Origin: Auanema rhodensis
Lineage: Eukaryota; Animalia; Nematoda
NCBI GenBank assembly: GCA_964057225.1
Contig: CAXKVF010000091.1
Span: 1 to 64,000 of the forward strand
Direction of reading: 5' to 3'
DNA length: 64,000 nucleotides
Part shown: piece after piece, positions 21,201-36,200 of the stretch
Layout: each line of letters opens with the position of its first letter
Position numbering within the stretch: position 1 is the stretch's first letter
Position numbers and translations under genes: made by a program
The notes under the pieces: model-generated
What the model was told of the DNA's origin: nothing
What the model saw: the letters and a program-made list of their open reading frames with translations, nothing else
The model's database searches: none

Positions 21201-24200
21201 TTTACGTGAACTTTAATTTATGCTAATTAAATGTACACGTGATGTGCACTTGGTATGTAACTCGCTTCACGTGAAAGATAAAGAGATGCGGTTTTCAAAA
21301 TTAGATTCCCCATGTCCATATTAGTCTAAAAACAAATTTTTATTGATATTGGTGCATGGTAACCATGACTTTGAAATTTACGTGAACTTTAATTTATGCT
21401 AATTAAATGTACACGTGATGTGCACTTGGTATGTAACTCGCTTCACGTGAAAGATAAAGAGATGCGGTTTTCAAAATTAGATTCCCCATGTCCATATTAG
21501 TCTAAAAACAAATTTTTATTGATATTGGTGCATGGTAACCATGACTTTGAAATTTACGTGAACTTTAATTTATGCTAATTAAATGTACACGTGATGTGCA
21601 CTTGGTATGTAACTCGCTTCACGTGAAAGATAAAGAGATGCGGTTTTCAAAATTAGATTCCCCATGTCCATATTAGTCGAAAAACAAATTTTTATTGATA
21701 TTGGTGCATGGTAACCATGACTTTGAAATTTACGTGAACTTTAATTTATGCTAATTAAATGTACACGTGATGTGCACTTGGTATGTAACTAGCTTCACGT
21801 GAAAGATGAAGAGATGCGGTTTTTAAAATTAGATTCCCCATGTCCATATTAGTCTAAAAACAAATTTTTATTGATATTGGTGCATGGTAACCATGACTTT
21901 GAAATTTACGTGAACTTTAATTTATGCTAATTAAATGTACACGTGATGTGCACTTGGTATGTAACTCGCTTCACGTGAAAGATAAAGAGATGCGGTTTTC
22001 AAAATTAGATTCCCCATGTCCATATTAGTCTAAAAACAAATTTTTATTGATATTGGTTCATGGTAACCATGACTTTGAAATTTACGTGAACTTTAATTTA
22101 TGCTAATTAAATGTACACGTGATGTGCACTTGGTATGTAACTCGCTTCACGTGAAAGATAAAGAGATGCGGTTTTCAAAATTAGATTCCCCATGTCCATA
22201 TTAGTCTAAAAACAAATTTTTATTGATATTGGTGCATGGTAACCATGACTTTGAAATTTACGTGAACTTTAATTTATGCTAATTAAATGTACACGTGATG
22301 TGCACTTGGTATGTAACTCGCTTCACGTGAAAGATGAAGAGATGCGGTTTTCAAAATTAGATTCCCCATGTCCATATTAGTCTAAAAATAAATTTTTATT
22401 GATATTGGTGCATGGTAACCATGACTTTGAAATTTACGTGAACTTTAATTTATGCTAATTAAATGTACACGTGATGTGCACTTGGTATGTAACTCGCTTC
22501 ACGTGAAAGATAAAGAGATGCGGTTTTCAAAATTAGATTCCCCATGTCCATATTAGTCTAAAAACACATTTTTATTGATATTGGTGCATGGTAACCATGA
22601 CTTTGAAATTTACGTGAACTTTAATTTATGCTAATTAAATGTACACGTGATGTGCACTTGGTATGTAACTCGCTTCACGTGAAAGATAAAGAGATGCGGT
22701 TTTCAAAATTAGATTCCCCATGTCCATATTAGTCTAAAAACAAATTTTTATTGATATTGGTTCATGGTAACCATGACTTTGAAATTTACGTGAACTTTAA
22801 TTTATGCTAATTAAATGTACACGTGATGTGCACTTGGTATGTAACTCGCTTCACGTGAAAGATAAAGAGATGCGGTTTTCAAAATTAGATTCCCCATGTC
22901 CATATTAGTCTAAAAACAAATTTTTATTGATATTGGTGCATGGTAACCATGACTTTGAAATTTACGTGAACTTTAATTTATGCTAATTAAATGTACACGT
23001 GATGTGCACTTGGTATGTAACTCGCTTCACGTGAAAGATAAAGAGATGCGGTTTTCAAAATTAGATTCCCCATGTCCATATTAGTCTAAAAACAAATTTT
23101 TATTGATATTGGTGCATGGTAACCATGACTTTGAAATTTACGTGAACTTTAATTTATGCTAATTAAATGTACACGTGATGTGCACTTGGTATGTAACTCG
23201 CTTCACGTGAAAGATAAAGAGATGCGGTTTTCAAAATTAGATTCCCCATGTCCATATTAGTCTAAAAACAAATTTTTATTGATATTGGTGCATGGTAACC
23301 ATGACTTTGAAATTTACGTGAACTTTAATTTATGCTAATTAAATGTACACGTGATGTGCACTTGGTATGTAACTCGCTTCACGTGAAAGATAAAGAGATG
23401 CGGTTTTCAAAATTAGATTCCCCATGTCCATATTAGTCTAAAAACAAATTTTTATTGATATTGGTGCATGGTAACCATGACTTTGAAATTTACGTGAACT
23501 TTAATTTATGCTAATTAAATGTACACGTGATGTGCACTTGGTATGTAACTCGCTTCACGTGAAAGATAAAGAGATGCGGTTTTCAAAATTAGATTCCCCA
23601 TGTCCATATTAGTCTAAAAACAAATTTTTATTGATATTGGTTCATGGTAACCATGACTTTGAAATTCACGTGAACTTTAATTTATGCTAATTAAATGTAC
23701 ACGTGATGTGCACTTGGTATGTAACTCGCTTCACGTGAAAGATAAAGAGATGCGGTTTTCAAAATTAGATTCCCCATGTCCATATTAGTCTAAAAACAAA
23801 TTTTTATTGATATTGGTGCATGGTAACCATGACTTTGAAATTTACGTGAACTTTAATTTATGCTAATTAAATGTACACGTGATGTGCACTTGGTATGTAA
23901 CTCGCTTCACGTGAAAGATAAAGAGATGCGGTTTTCAAAATTAGATTCCCCATGTCCATATTAGTCTAAAAACAAATTTTTATTGATATTGGTGCATGGT
24001 AACCATGACTTTGAAATTTACGTGAACTTTAATTTATGCTAATTAAATGTACACGTGATGTGCACTTGGTATGTAACTCGCTTCACGTGAAAGATAAAGA
24101 GATGCGGTTTTCAAAATTAGATTCCCCATGTCCATATTAGTCTAAAAACAAATTTTTATTGATATTGGTTCATGGTAACCATGACTTTGAAATTTACGTG

Positions 24201-27200
24201 AACTTTAATTTATGCTAATTAAATGTACACGTGATGTGCACTTGGTATGTAACTCGCTTCACGTGAAAGATAAAGAGATGCAGTTTTCAAAATTAGATTC
24301 CCCATGTCCATATTAGTCTAAAAACAAATTTTTATTGATATTGGTGCATGGTAACCATGACTTTGAAATTTACGTGAACTTTAATTTATGCTAATTAAAT
24401 GTACACGTGATGTGCACTTGGTATGTAACTCGCTTCACGTGAAAGATAAAGAGATGCGGTTTTCAAAATTAGATTCCCCATGTCCATATTAGTCTAAAAA
24501 CAAATTTTTATTGATATTGGTTCATGGTAACCATGACTTTGAAATTCACGTGAACTTTAATTTATGCTAATTAAATGTACACGTGATGTGCACTTGGTAT
24601 GTAACTCGCTTCACGTGAAAGATAAAGAGATGCGGTTTTCAAAATTAGATTCCCCATGTCCATATTAGTCTAAAAACAAATTTTTATTGATATTGGTGCA
24701 TGGTAACCATGACTTTGAAATTTACGTGAACTTTAATTTATGCTAATTAAATGTACACGTGATGTGCACTTGGTATGTAACTCGCTTCACGTGAAAGATA
24801 AAGAGATGCGGTTTTCAAAATTAGATTCCCCATGTCCATATTAGTCTAAAAACAAATTTTTATTGATATTGGTGCATGGTAACCATGACTTTGAAATTTA
24901 CGTGAACTTTAATTTATGCTAATTAAATGTACACGTGATGTGCACTTGGTATGTAACTCGCTTCACGTGAAAGATAAAGAGATTCGGTTTTCAAAATTAG
25001 ATTGCCCATGTCCATATTAGTCTAAAAACAAATTTTTATTGATATTGGTTCATGGTAACCATGACTTTGAAATTTTCGTGAACTTTAATTTATGCTAATT
25101 AAATGTACACGTGATGTGCACTTGGTATGTAACTCGCTTCACGTGAAAGATAAAGAGATGCGGTTTTCAAAATTAGATTCCCCATGTCCATATTAGTCTA
25201 AAAACAAATTTTTATTGATATTGGTGCATGGTAACCATGACTTTGAAATTTACGTGAACTTTAATTTATGCTAATTAAATGTACACGTGATGTGCACTTG
25301 GTATGTAACTCGCTTCACGTGAAAGATAAAGAGATGCGGTTTTCAAAATTAGATTCCCCATGTCCATATTAGTCTAAAAACAAATTTTTATTGATATTGG
25401 TTCATGGTAACCATGACTTTGAAATTTACGTGAACTTTAATTTATGCTAATTAAATGTACACGTGATGTGCACTTGGTATGTAACTCGCTTCACGTGAAA
25501 GATAAAGAGATGCAGTTTTCAAAATTAGATTCCCCATGTCCATATTAGTCTAAAAACAAATTTTTATTGATATTGGTGCATGGTAACCATGACTTTGAAA
25601 TTTACGTGAACTTTAATTTATGCTAATTAAATGTACACGTGATGTGCACTTGGTATGTAACTCGCTTCACGTGAAAGATAAAGAGATGCGGTTTTCAAAA
25701 TTAGATTCCCCATGTCCATATTAGTCTAAAAACAAATTTTTATTGATATTGGTGCATGGTAACCATGACTTTGAAATTTACGTGAACTTTAATTTATGCT
25801 AATTAAATGTACACGTGATGTGCACTTGGTATGTAACTCGCTTCACGTGAAAGATGAAGAGATGCGGTTTTCAAAATTAGATTCCCCATGTCCATATTAG
25901 TCTAAAAACAAATTTTTATTGATATTGGTGCATGGTAACCATGACTTTGAAATTTACGTGAACTTTAATTTATGCTAATTAAATGTACACGTGATGTGCA
26001 CTTGGTATGTAACTCGCTTCACGTGAAAGATAAAGAGATGCGGTTTTCAAAATTAGATTCCCCATGTCCATATTAGTCTAAAAACAAATTTTTATTGATA
26101 TTGGTGCATGGTAACCATGACTTTGAAATTTACGTGAACTTTAATTTATGCTAATTAAATGTACACGTGATGTGCACTTGGTATGTAACTCGCTTCACGT
26201 GAAAGATAAAGAGATGCGGTTTTCAAAATTAGATTCCCCATGTCCATATTAGTCTAAAAACAAATTTTTATTGATATTGGTGCATGGTAACCATGACTTT
26301 GAAATTTACGTGAACTTTAATTTATGCTAATTAAATGTACACGTGATGTGCACTTGGTATGTAACTCGCTTCACGTGAAAGATAAAGAGATGCGGTTTTC
26401 AAAATTAGATTCCCCATGTCCATATTAGTCTAAAAACAAATTTTTATTGATATTGGTTCATGGTAACCATGACTTTGAAATTTACGTGAACTTTAATTTA
26501 TGCTAATTAAATGTACACGTGATGTGCACTTGGTATGTAACTCGCTTCACGTGAAAGATAAAGAGATGCGGTTTTCAAAATTAGATTCCCCATGTCCATA
26601 TTAGTCTAAAAACAAATTTTTATTGATATTGGTGCATGGTAACCATGACTTTGAAATTTACGTGAACTTTAATTTATGCTAATTAAATGTACACGTGATG
26701 TGCACTTGGTATGTAACTCGCTTCACGTGAAAGATGAAGAGATGCGGTTTTCAAAATTAGATTCCCCATGTCCATATTAGTCTAAAAACAAATTTTTATT
26801 GATATTGGTGCATGGTAACCATGACTTTGAAATTTACGTGAACTTTAATTTATGCTAATTAAATGTACACGTGATGTGCACTTGGTATGTAACTCGCTTC
26901 ACGTGAAAGATAAAGAGATGCGGTTTTCAAAATTAGATTCCCCATGTCCATATTAGTCTAAAAACAAATTTTTATTGATATTGGTGCATGGTAACCATGA
27001 CTTTGAAATTTACGTGAACTTTAATTTATGCTAATTAAATGTACACGTGATGTGCACTTGGTATGTAACTCGCTTCACGTGAAAGATAAAGAGATGCGGT
27101 TTTCAAAATTAGATTCCCCATGTCCATATTAGTCTAAAAACAAATTTTTATTGATATTGGTGCATGGTAACCATGACTTTGAAATTTACGTGAACTTTAA

Positions 27201-30200
27201 TTTATGCTAATTAAATGTACACGTGATGTGCACTTGGTATGTAACTCGCTTCACGTGAAAGATAAAGAGATGCGGTTTTCAAAATTAGATTCCCCATGTC
27301 CATATTAGTCTAAAAACAAATTTTTATTGATATTGGTTCATGGTAACCATGACTTTGAAATTTACGTGAACTTTAATTTATGCTAATTAAATGTACACGT
27401 GATGTGCACTTGGTATGTAACTCGCTTCACGTGAAAGATGAAGAGATGCGGTTTTCAAAATTAGATTCCCCATGTCCATATTAGTCTAAAAACAAATTTT
27501 TATTGATATTGGTGCATGGTAACCATGACTTTGAAATTTACGTGAACTTTAATTTATGCTAATTAAATGTACACGTGATGTGCACTTGGTATGTAACTCG
27601 CTTCACGTGAAAGATAAAGAGATGCGGTTTTCAAAATTAGATTCCCCATGTCCATATTAGTCTAAAAACAAATTTTTATTGATATTGGTGCATGGTAACC
27701 ATGACTTTGAAATTTACGTGAACTTTAATTTATGCTAATTAAATGTACACGTGATGTGCACTTGGTACGTAACTCGCTTCACGTGAAAGATAAATAGATG
27801 CGGTTTTCAAAATTAGATTCCCCATGTCCATATTAGTCTAAAAACAAATTTTTATTGATATTGGTTCATGGTAACCATGACTTTGAAATTTACGTGAACT
27901 TTAATTTATGCTAATTAAATGTACACGTGATGTGCACTTGGTATGTAACTCGCTTCACGTGAAAGATAAAGAGATGCGGTTTTCAAAATTAGATTCCCCA
28001 TGTCCATATTAGTCTAAAAACAAATTTTTATTAATATTGGTGCATGGTAACCATGACTTTGAAATTTACGTGAACTTTAATTCATGCTAATTAAATGTAC
28101 ACGTGATGTGCACTTGGTATTTAACTCGCTTCACGTGAAAGATAAAGAGATGCGGTTTTCAAAATTAGATTCCCCATGTCCATATTAGTCTAAAAACAAA
28201 TTTTTATTGATATTGGTGCATGGTAACCATGACTTTGAAATTTACGTGAACTTTAATTTATGCTAATTAAATGTACACGTGATGTGCACTTGGTATGTAA
28301 CTCGCTTCACGTGAAAGATAAAGAGATGCGGTTTTCAAAATTAGATTCCCCATGTCCATATTAGTCTAAAAACAAATTTTTATTGATATTGGTTCATGGT
28401 AACCATGACTTTGAAATTTACGTGAACTTTAATTTATGCTAATTAAATGTACACGTGATGTGCACTTCTTATGTAACTCGCTTCACGTGAAAGATAAAGA
28501 GATGCGGTTTTCAAAATTAGATTCCCCATGTCCATATTAGTCTAAAAACAAATTTTTATTGATATTGGTGCATGGTAACCATGACTTTGAAATTTACGTG
28601 AACTTTAATTTATGCTAATTAAATGTACACGTGATGTGCACTTGGTATGTAACTCGCTTCACGTGAAAGATAAAGAGATGCGGTTTTCAAAATTAGATTC
28701 CCCATGTCCATATTAGTCTAAAAACAAATTTTTATTGATATTGGTGCATGGTAACCATGACTTTGAAATTTACGTGAACTTTAATTTATGCTAATTAAAT
28801 GTACACGTGATGTGCACTTGGTATGTAACTCGCTTCACGTGAAAGATGAAATAGATGCGGTTTTCAAAATTAGATTCCCCATGTCCATATTAGTCTAAAA
28901 ACAAATTTTTATTGATATTGGTGCATGTTAACCATGACTTTGAAATTTACGTGAACTTTAATTTATGCTAATTAAATGTACACGTGATGTGCACTTGGTA
29001 TGTAACTCGCTTCACGTGAAAGATAAAGAGATGCGGTTTTCAAAATTAGATTCCCCATGTCCATATTAGTCTAAAAACAATTTTTTATTGATATTGGTGC
29101 ATGGTAACCATGACTTTGAAATTTACGTGAACTTTAATTTATGCTAATTAAATGTACACGTGATGTGCACTTGGTATGTAACTCGCTTCACGTGAAAGAT
29201 AAAGAGATGCGGTTTTCAAAATTAGATTCCCCATGTCCATATTAGTCTAAAAACAAATTTTTATTGATATTGGTGCATGGTAACCATGACTTTGAAATTT
29301 ACGTGAACTTTAATTTATGCTAATTAAATGTACACGTGATGTGCACTTGGTATGTAACTCGCTTCACGTGAAAGATGAAGAGATGCTGTTTTCAAAATTA
29401 GATTCCCCATGTCCATATTAGTCTAAAAACAAAATTTTATTGATATTGGTGCATGGTAACCATGACTTTGAAATTTACGTGAACTTTAATTTATACTAAT
29501 TAAATGTACACGTGATGTGCACTTTGTATGTAACTCGCTTCACGTGAAAGATAAAGAGATGCGGTTTTCAAAATTAGATTCCCCATGTCCATATTAGTCT
29601 AAAAACAAATTTTTATTGATATTGGTGCATGGTAACCATGACTTTGAAATTTACGTGAACTTTAATTTATGCTAATTAAATGTACACGTGATGTGCACTT
29701 GGTATGTAACTCGCTTCACGTGGAAGATAAAGAGATGCGGTTTTCAAAATTAGATTCCCCTTGTCCATATTAGTCTAAAAACAAATTTTTATTGATATTG
29801 GTTCATGGTAACCATGACTTTGAAATTTACGTGAACTTTAATTTATGCTAATTAAATGTACACGTGATGTGCACTTGGTATGTAACTCGCTTCACGTGAA
29901 AGATAAAGAGATGCGGTTTTCAAAATTAGATTCCCCATGTCCATATTAGTCTAAAAACAAATTTTTATTGATATTGGTGAATGGTAACCATGACTTTGAA
30001 ATTTACGTGAACTTTAATTTATGCTAATTAAATGTACACGTGATGTGCACTTGGTATGTAACTCGCTTCACGTGAAAGATGAAGAGATGCGGTTTTCAAA
30101 ATTAGATTCCCCATGTCCATATTAGTCTAAAAACAAATTTTTATTGATATTGGTGCATGGTAACCATGACTTTGAAATTTACGTGAACTTTAATTTATGC

Positions 30201-33200
30201 TAATTAAATGTACACGTGATGTGCACTTGGTATGTAACTCGCTTCACGTGAAAGATAAAGAGATGCGGTTTTCAAAATTAGATTCCCCATGTCCATATTA
30301 GTCTAAAAACAAATTTTTATTGATATTGGTTCATGGTAACCATGACTTTGAAATTTACGTGAACTTTAATTTATGCTAATTAAATGTACACGTGATGTGC
30401 ACTTGGTATGTAACTCGCTTCACGTGAACGATAAAGAGATGCGGTTTTCAAAATTAGATTCCCCATGTCCATATTAGTCTAAAAACAAATTTTTATTGAT
30501 ATTGGTGAATGGTAACCATGACTTTGAAATTTACGTGAACTTTAATTTATGCTAATTAAATGTACACGTGATGTGCACTTGGTATGTAACTCGCTTCACG
30601 TGAAAGATGAAGAGATGCGGTTTTCAAAATTAGATTCCCCATGTCCATATTAGTCTAAAAACAAATTTTTATTGATATTGGTGCATGGTAACCATGACTT
30701 TGAAATTTACGTGAACTTTAATTTATGCTAATTAAATGTACACGTGATGTGCACTTGGTATGTAACTCGCTTCACGTGAAAGATAAAGAGATGCGGTTTT
30801 CAAAATTAGATTCCCCATGTCCATATTAGTCTAAAAACAAATTTTTATTGATATTGGTTCATGGTAACCATGACTTTGAAATTTACGTGAACTTTAATTT
30901 ATGCTAATTAAATGTACACGTGATGTGCACTTGGTATGTAACTCGCTTCACGTGAAAGATAAAGAGATGCGGTTTTCAAAATTAGATTCCCCATGTCCAT
31001 ATTAGTCTAAAAACAAATTTTTATTGATATTGGTGCATGGTAACCATGACTTTGAAATTTACGTGAACTTTAATTTATGCTAATTAAATGTACACGTGAT
31101 GTGCACTTGGTATGTAACTCGCTTCACGTGAAAGATAAAGAGATGCGGTTTTCAAAATTAGATTCCCCATGTCCATATTAGTCTAAAAACAAATTTTTAA
31201 TGATATTGGTTCATGGTAACCATGACTTTGAAATTTACGTGAACTTTAATTTATGCTAATTAAATGTACACGTGATGTGCACTTGTTATGTAACTCGCTT
31301 CACGTGAAAGATAAAGAGATGCGGTTTTCAAAATTAGATTCCCCATGTCCATATTAGTCTAAAAACAAATTTTTATTGATATTGGTTCATGGTAACCATG
31401 ACTTTGAAATTTACGTGAACTTTAATTTATGCTAATTAAATGTACACGTGATGTGCACTCGGTATGTAACTCGCTTCACGTGAAAGATAAAGAGATGCAG
31501 TTTTCAAAATTAGATTCCCCATGTCCATATTAGTCTAAAAACAAATTTTTATTGATATTGGTGAATGGTAACCATGACTTTGAAATTTACGTGAACTTTA
31601 ATTTATGCTAATTAAATGTACACGTGATGTGCACTTGGTATGTAACTCGCTTCACGTGAAAGATGAAGAGATGCGGTTTTCAAAATTAGATTCCCCATGT
31701 CCATATTAGTCTAAAAACAAATTTTTATTGATATTGGTGCATGGTAACCATGACTTTGAAATTTACGTGAACTTTAATTTATGCTAATTAAATGTACACG
31801 TGATGTGCACTTGGTGTGTAACTCGCTTCACGTGAAAGATAAAGAGATGCGGTTTTCAAAATTAGATTCCCCATGTCCATATTAGTCTAAAAACAAATTT
31901 TTATTGATATTGGTTCATGGTAACCATGACTTTGAAATTTACGTGAACTTTAATTTATGCTAATTAAATGTACACGTGATGTGCACTTGGTATGTAACTC
32001 GCTTCACCTGAAAGATAAAGAGATGCGGTTTTCAAAATTAGATTCCCCATGTCCATATTAGTCTAAAAACAAATTTTTATTGATATTGGTGCATGGTAAC
32101 CATGACTTTGAAATTTACGTGAACTTTAATTTATGCTAATTAAATGTACACGTGATGTGCACTTGGTATGTAACTCGCTTCACGTGAAAGATAAAGAGAT
32201 GCGGTTTTCAAAATTAGATTCCCCATGTCCATATTAGTCTAAAAACAAATTTTTATTGATATTGGTTCATGGTAACCATGACTTTGAAATTTACGTGAAC
32301 TTTAATTTATGCTAATTAAATGTACACGTGATGTGCACTTGTTATGTAACTCGCTTCACGTGAAAGATAAAGAGATGCGGTTTTCAAAATTAGATTCCCC
32401 ATGTCCATATTAGTCTAAAAACAAATTTTTATTGATATTGGTGCATGGTAACCATGACTTTGAAATTTACGTGAACTTTAATTTATGCTAATTAAATGTA
32501 CACGTGATGTGCACTTGGTATGTAACTCGCTTCACGTGAAAGATAAAGAGATGCGGTTTTCAAAATTAGATTCCCCATGTCCATATTAGTCCAAAAACAA
32601 ATTTTTATTGATATTGGTGCATGGTAACCATGACTTTGAAATTTACGTGAACTTTAATTTATGCTAATTAAATGTACACGTGATGTGCACTTGGTATGTA
32701 ACTCGCTTCACGTGAAAGATGAAATAGATGCGGTTTTCAAAATTAGATTCCCCATGTCCATATTAGTCTAAAAACAAATTTTTATTGATATTGGTGCATG
32801 GTAACCATGACTTTGAAATTTACGTGAACTTTAATTTATGCTAATTAAATGTACACGTGATGTGCACTTGGTATGTAACTCGCTTCACGTGAAAGATAAA
32901 GAGATGCGGTTTTCAAAATTAGATTCCCCATGTCCATATTAGTCTAAAAACAAATTTTTATTGATATTGGTTCATGGTAACCATGACTTTGAAATTTACG
33001 TGAACTTTAATTTATGCTAATTAAATGTACACGTGATGTGCACTTGGTATGTAACTCGCTTCACGTGAACGATAAAGAGATGCGGTTTTCAAAATTAGAT
33101 TCCCCATGTCCATATTAGTCTAAAAACAAATTTTTATTGATATTGGTGAATGGTAACCATGACTTTGAAATTTACGTGAACTTTAATTTATGCTAATTAA

Positions 33201-36200
33201 ATGTACACGTGATGTGCACTTGGTATGTAACTCGCTTCACGTGAAAGATGAAGAGATGCGGTTTTCAAAATTAGATTCCCCATGTCCATATTAGTCTAAA
33301 AACAAATTTTTATTGATATTGGTGCATGGTAACCATGACTTTGAAATTTACGTGAACTTTAATTTATGCTAATTAAATGTACACGTGATGTGCACTTGGT
33401 ATGTAACTCGCTTCACGTGAAAGATAAAGAGATGCGGTTTTCAAAATTAGATTCCCCATGTCCATATTAGTCTAAAAACAAATTTTTATTGATATTGGTT
33501 CATGGTAACCATGACTTTGAAATTTACGTGAACTTTAATTTATGCTAATTAAATGTACACGTGATGTGCACTTGGTATGTAACTCGCTTCACGTGAAAGA
33601 TAAAGAGATGCGGTTTTCAAAATTAGATTCCCCATGTCCATATTAGTCTAAAAACAAATTTTTATTGATATTGGTGCATGGTAACCATGACTTTGAAATT
33701 TACGTGAACTTTAATTTATGCTAATTAAATGTACACGTGATGTGCACTTGGTATGTAACTCGCTTCACGTGAAAGATAAAGAGATGCGGTTTTCAAAATT
33801 AGATTCCCCATGTCCATATTAGTCTAAAAACAAATTTTTATTGATATTGGTTCATGGTAACCATGACTTTGAAATTTACGTGAACTTTAATTTATGCTAA
33901 TTAAATGTACACGTGATGTGCACTTGTTATGTAACTCGCTTCACGTGAAAGATAAAGAGATGCGGTTTTCAAAATTAGATTCCCCATGTCCATATTAGTC
34001 TAAAAACAAATTTTTATTGATATTGGTTCATGGTAACCATGACTTTGAAATTTACGTGAACTTTAATTTATGCTAATTAAATGTACACGTGATGTGCACT
34101 TGGTATGTAACTCGCTTCACGTGAAAGATAAAGAGATGCAGTTTTCAAAATTAGATTCCCCATGTCCATATTAGTCTAAAAACAAATTTTTATTGATATT
34201 GGTGAATGGTAACCATGACTTTGAAATTTACGTGAACTTTAATTTATGCTAATTAAATGTACACGTGATGTGCACTTGGTATGTAACTCGCTTCACGTGA
34301 AAGATGAAGAGATGCGGTTTTCAAAATTAGATTCCCCATGTCCATATTAGTCTAAAAACAAATTTTTATTGATATTGGTGCATGGTAACCATGACTTTGA
34401 AATTTACGTGAACTTTAATTTATGCTAATTAAATGTACACGTGATGTGCACTTGGTGTGTAACTCGCTTCACGTGAAAGATAAAGAGATGCGGTTTTCAA
34501 AATTAGATTCCCCATGTCCATATTAGTCTAAAAACAAATTTTTATTGATATTGGTTCATGGTAACCATGACTTTGAAATTTACGTGAACTTTAATTTATG
34601 CTAATTAAATGTACACGTGATGTGCACTTGGTATGTAACTCGCTTCACGTGAAAGATAAAGAGATGCGGTTTTCAAAATTAGATTCTCCATGTCCATATT
34701 AGTCTAAAAACAAATTTTTATTGATATTGGTGCATGGTAACCATGACTTTGAAATTTACGTGAACTTTAATTTATGCTAATTAAATGTACACGTGATGTG
34801 CACTTGGTATGTAACTCGCTTCACGTGAAAGATAAAGAGATGCGGTTTTCAAAATTAGATTCCCCATGTCCATATTAGTCTAAAAACAAATTTTTATTGA
34901 TATTGGTGCATGGTAACCATGACTTTGAAATTTACGTGAACTTTAATTTATGCTAATTAAATGTACACGTGATGTGCACTTGGTATGTAACTCGCTTCAC
35001 GTGAAAGATAAAGAGATGCGGTTTTCAAAATTAGATTCCCCATGTCCATATTAGTCTAAAAACAAATTTTTATTGATATTGGTGCATGGTAACCATGACT
35101 TTGAAATTTACGTGAACTTTAATTTATGCTAATTAAATGTACACGTGATGTGCACTTGGTATGTAACTCGCTTCACGTGAAAGATAAAGAGATGCGGTTT
35201 TCAAAATTAGATTCCCCATGTCCATATTAGTCTAAAAACAAATTTTTATTGATATTGGTGCATGGTAACCATGACTTTGAAATTTACGTGAACTTTAATT
35301 TATGCTAATTAAATGTACACGTGATGTGCACTTGGTATGTAACTCGCTTCACGTGAAAGATAAAGAGATGCGGTTTTCAAAATTAGATTCCCCATGTCCA
35401 TATTAGTCTAAAAACAAATTTTTATTGATATTGGTGCATGGTAACCATGACTTTGAAATTTACGTGAACTTTAATTTATGCTAATTAAATGTACACGTGA
35501 TGTGCACTTGGTATGTAACTCGCTTCACGTGAAAGATGAAGAGATGCTGTTTTCAAAATTAGATTCCCCATGTCCATATTAGTCTAAAAACAAAATTTTA
35601 TTGATATTGGTGCATGGTAACCATGACTTTGAAATTTACGTGAACTTTAATTTATACTAATTAAATGTACACGTGATGTGCACTTGGTATGTAACTCGCT
35701 TCACGTGAAAGATAAAGAGATGCGGTTTTCAAAATTAGATTCCCCATGTCCATATTAGTCTAAAAACAAATTTTTATTGATATTGGTGCATGGTAACCAT
35801 GACTTTGAAATTTACGTGAACTTTAATTTATGCTAATTAAATGTACACGTGATGTGCACTTGGTATGTAACTCGCTTCACGTGAAAGATAAAGAGATGCG
35901 GTTTTCAAAATTAGATTCCCCATGTCCATATTAGTCTAAAAACAAATTTTTATTGATATTGGTGCATGGTAACCATGACTTTGAAATTTACGTGAACTTT
36001 AATTTATGCTAATTAAATGTACACGTGATGTGCACTTGGTATGTAACTCGCTTCACGTGAAAGATGAAGAGATGCTGTTTTCAAAATTAGATTCCCCATG
36101 TCCATATTAGTCTAAAAACAAAATTTTATTGATATTGGTGCATGGTAACCATGACTTTGAAATTTACGTGAACTTTAATTTATACTAATTAAATGTACAC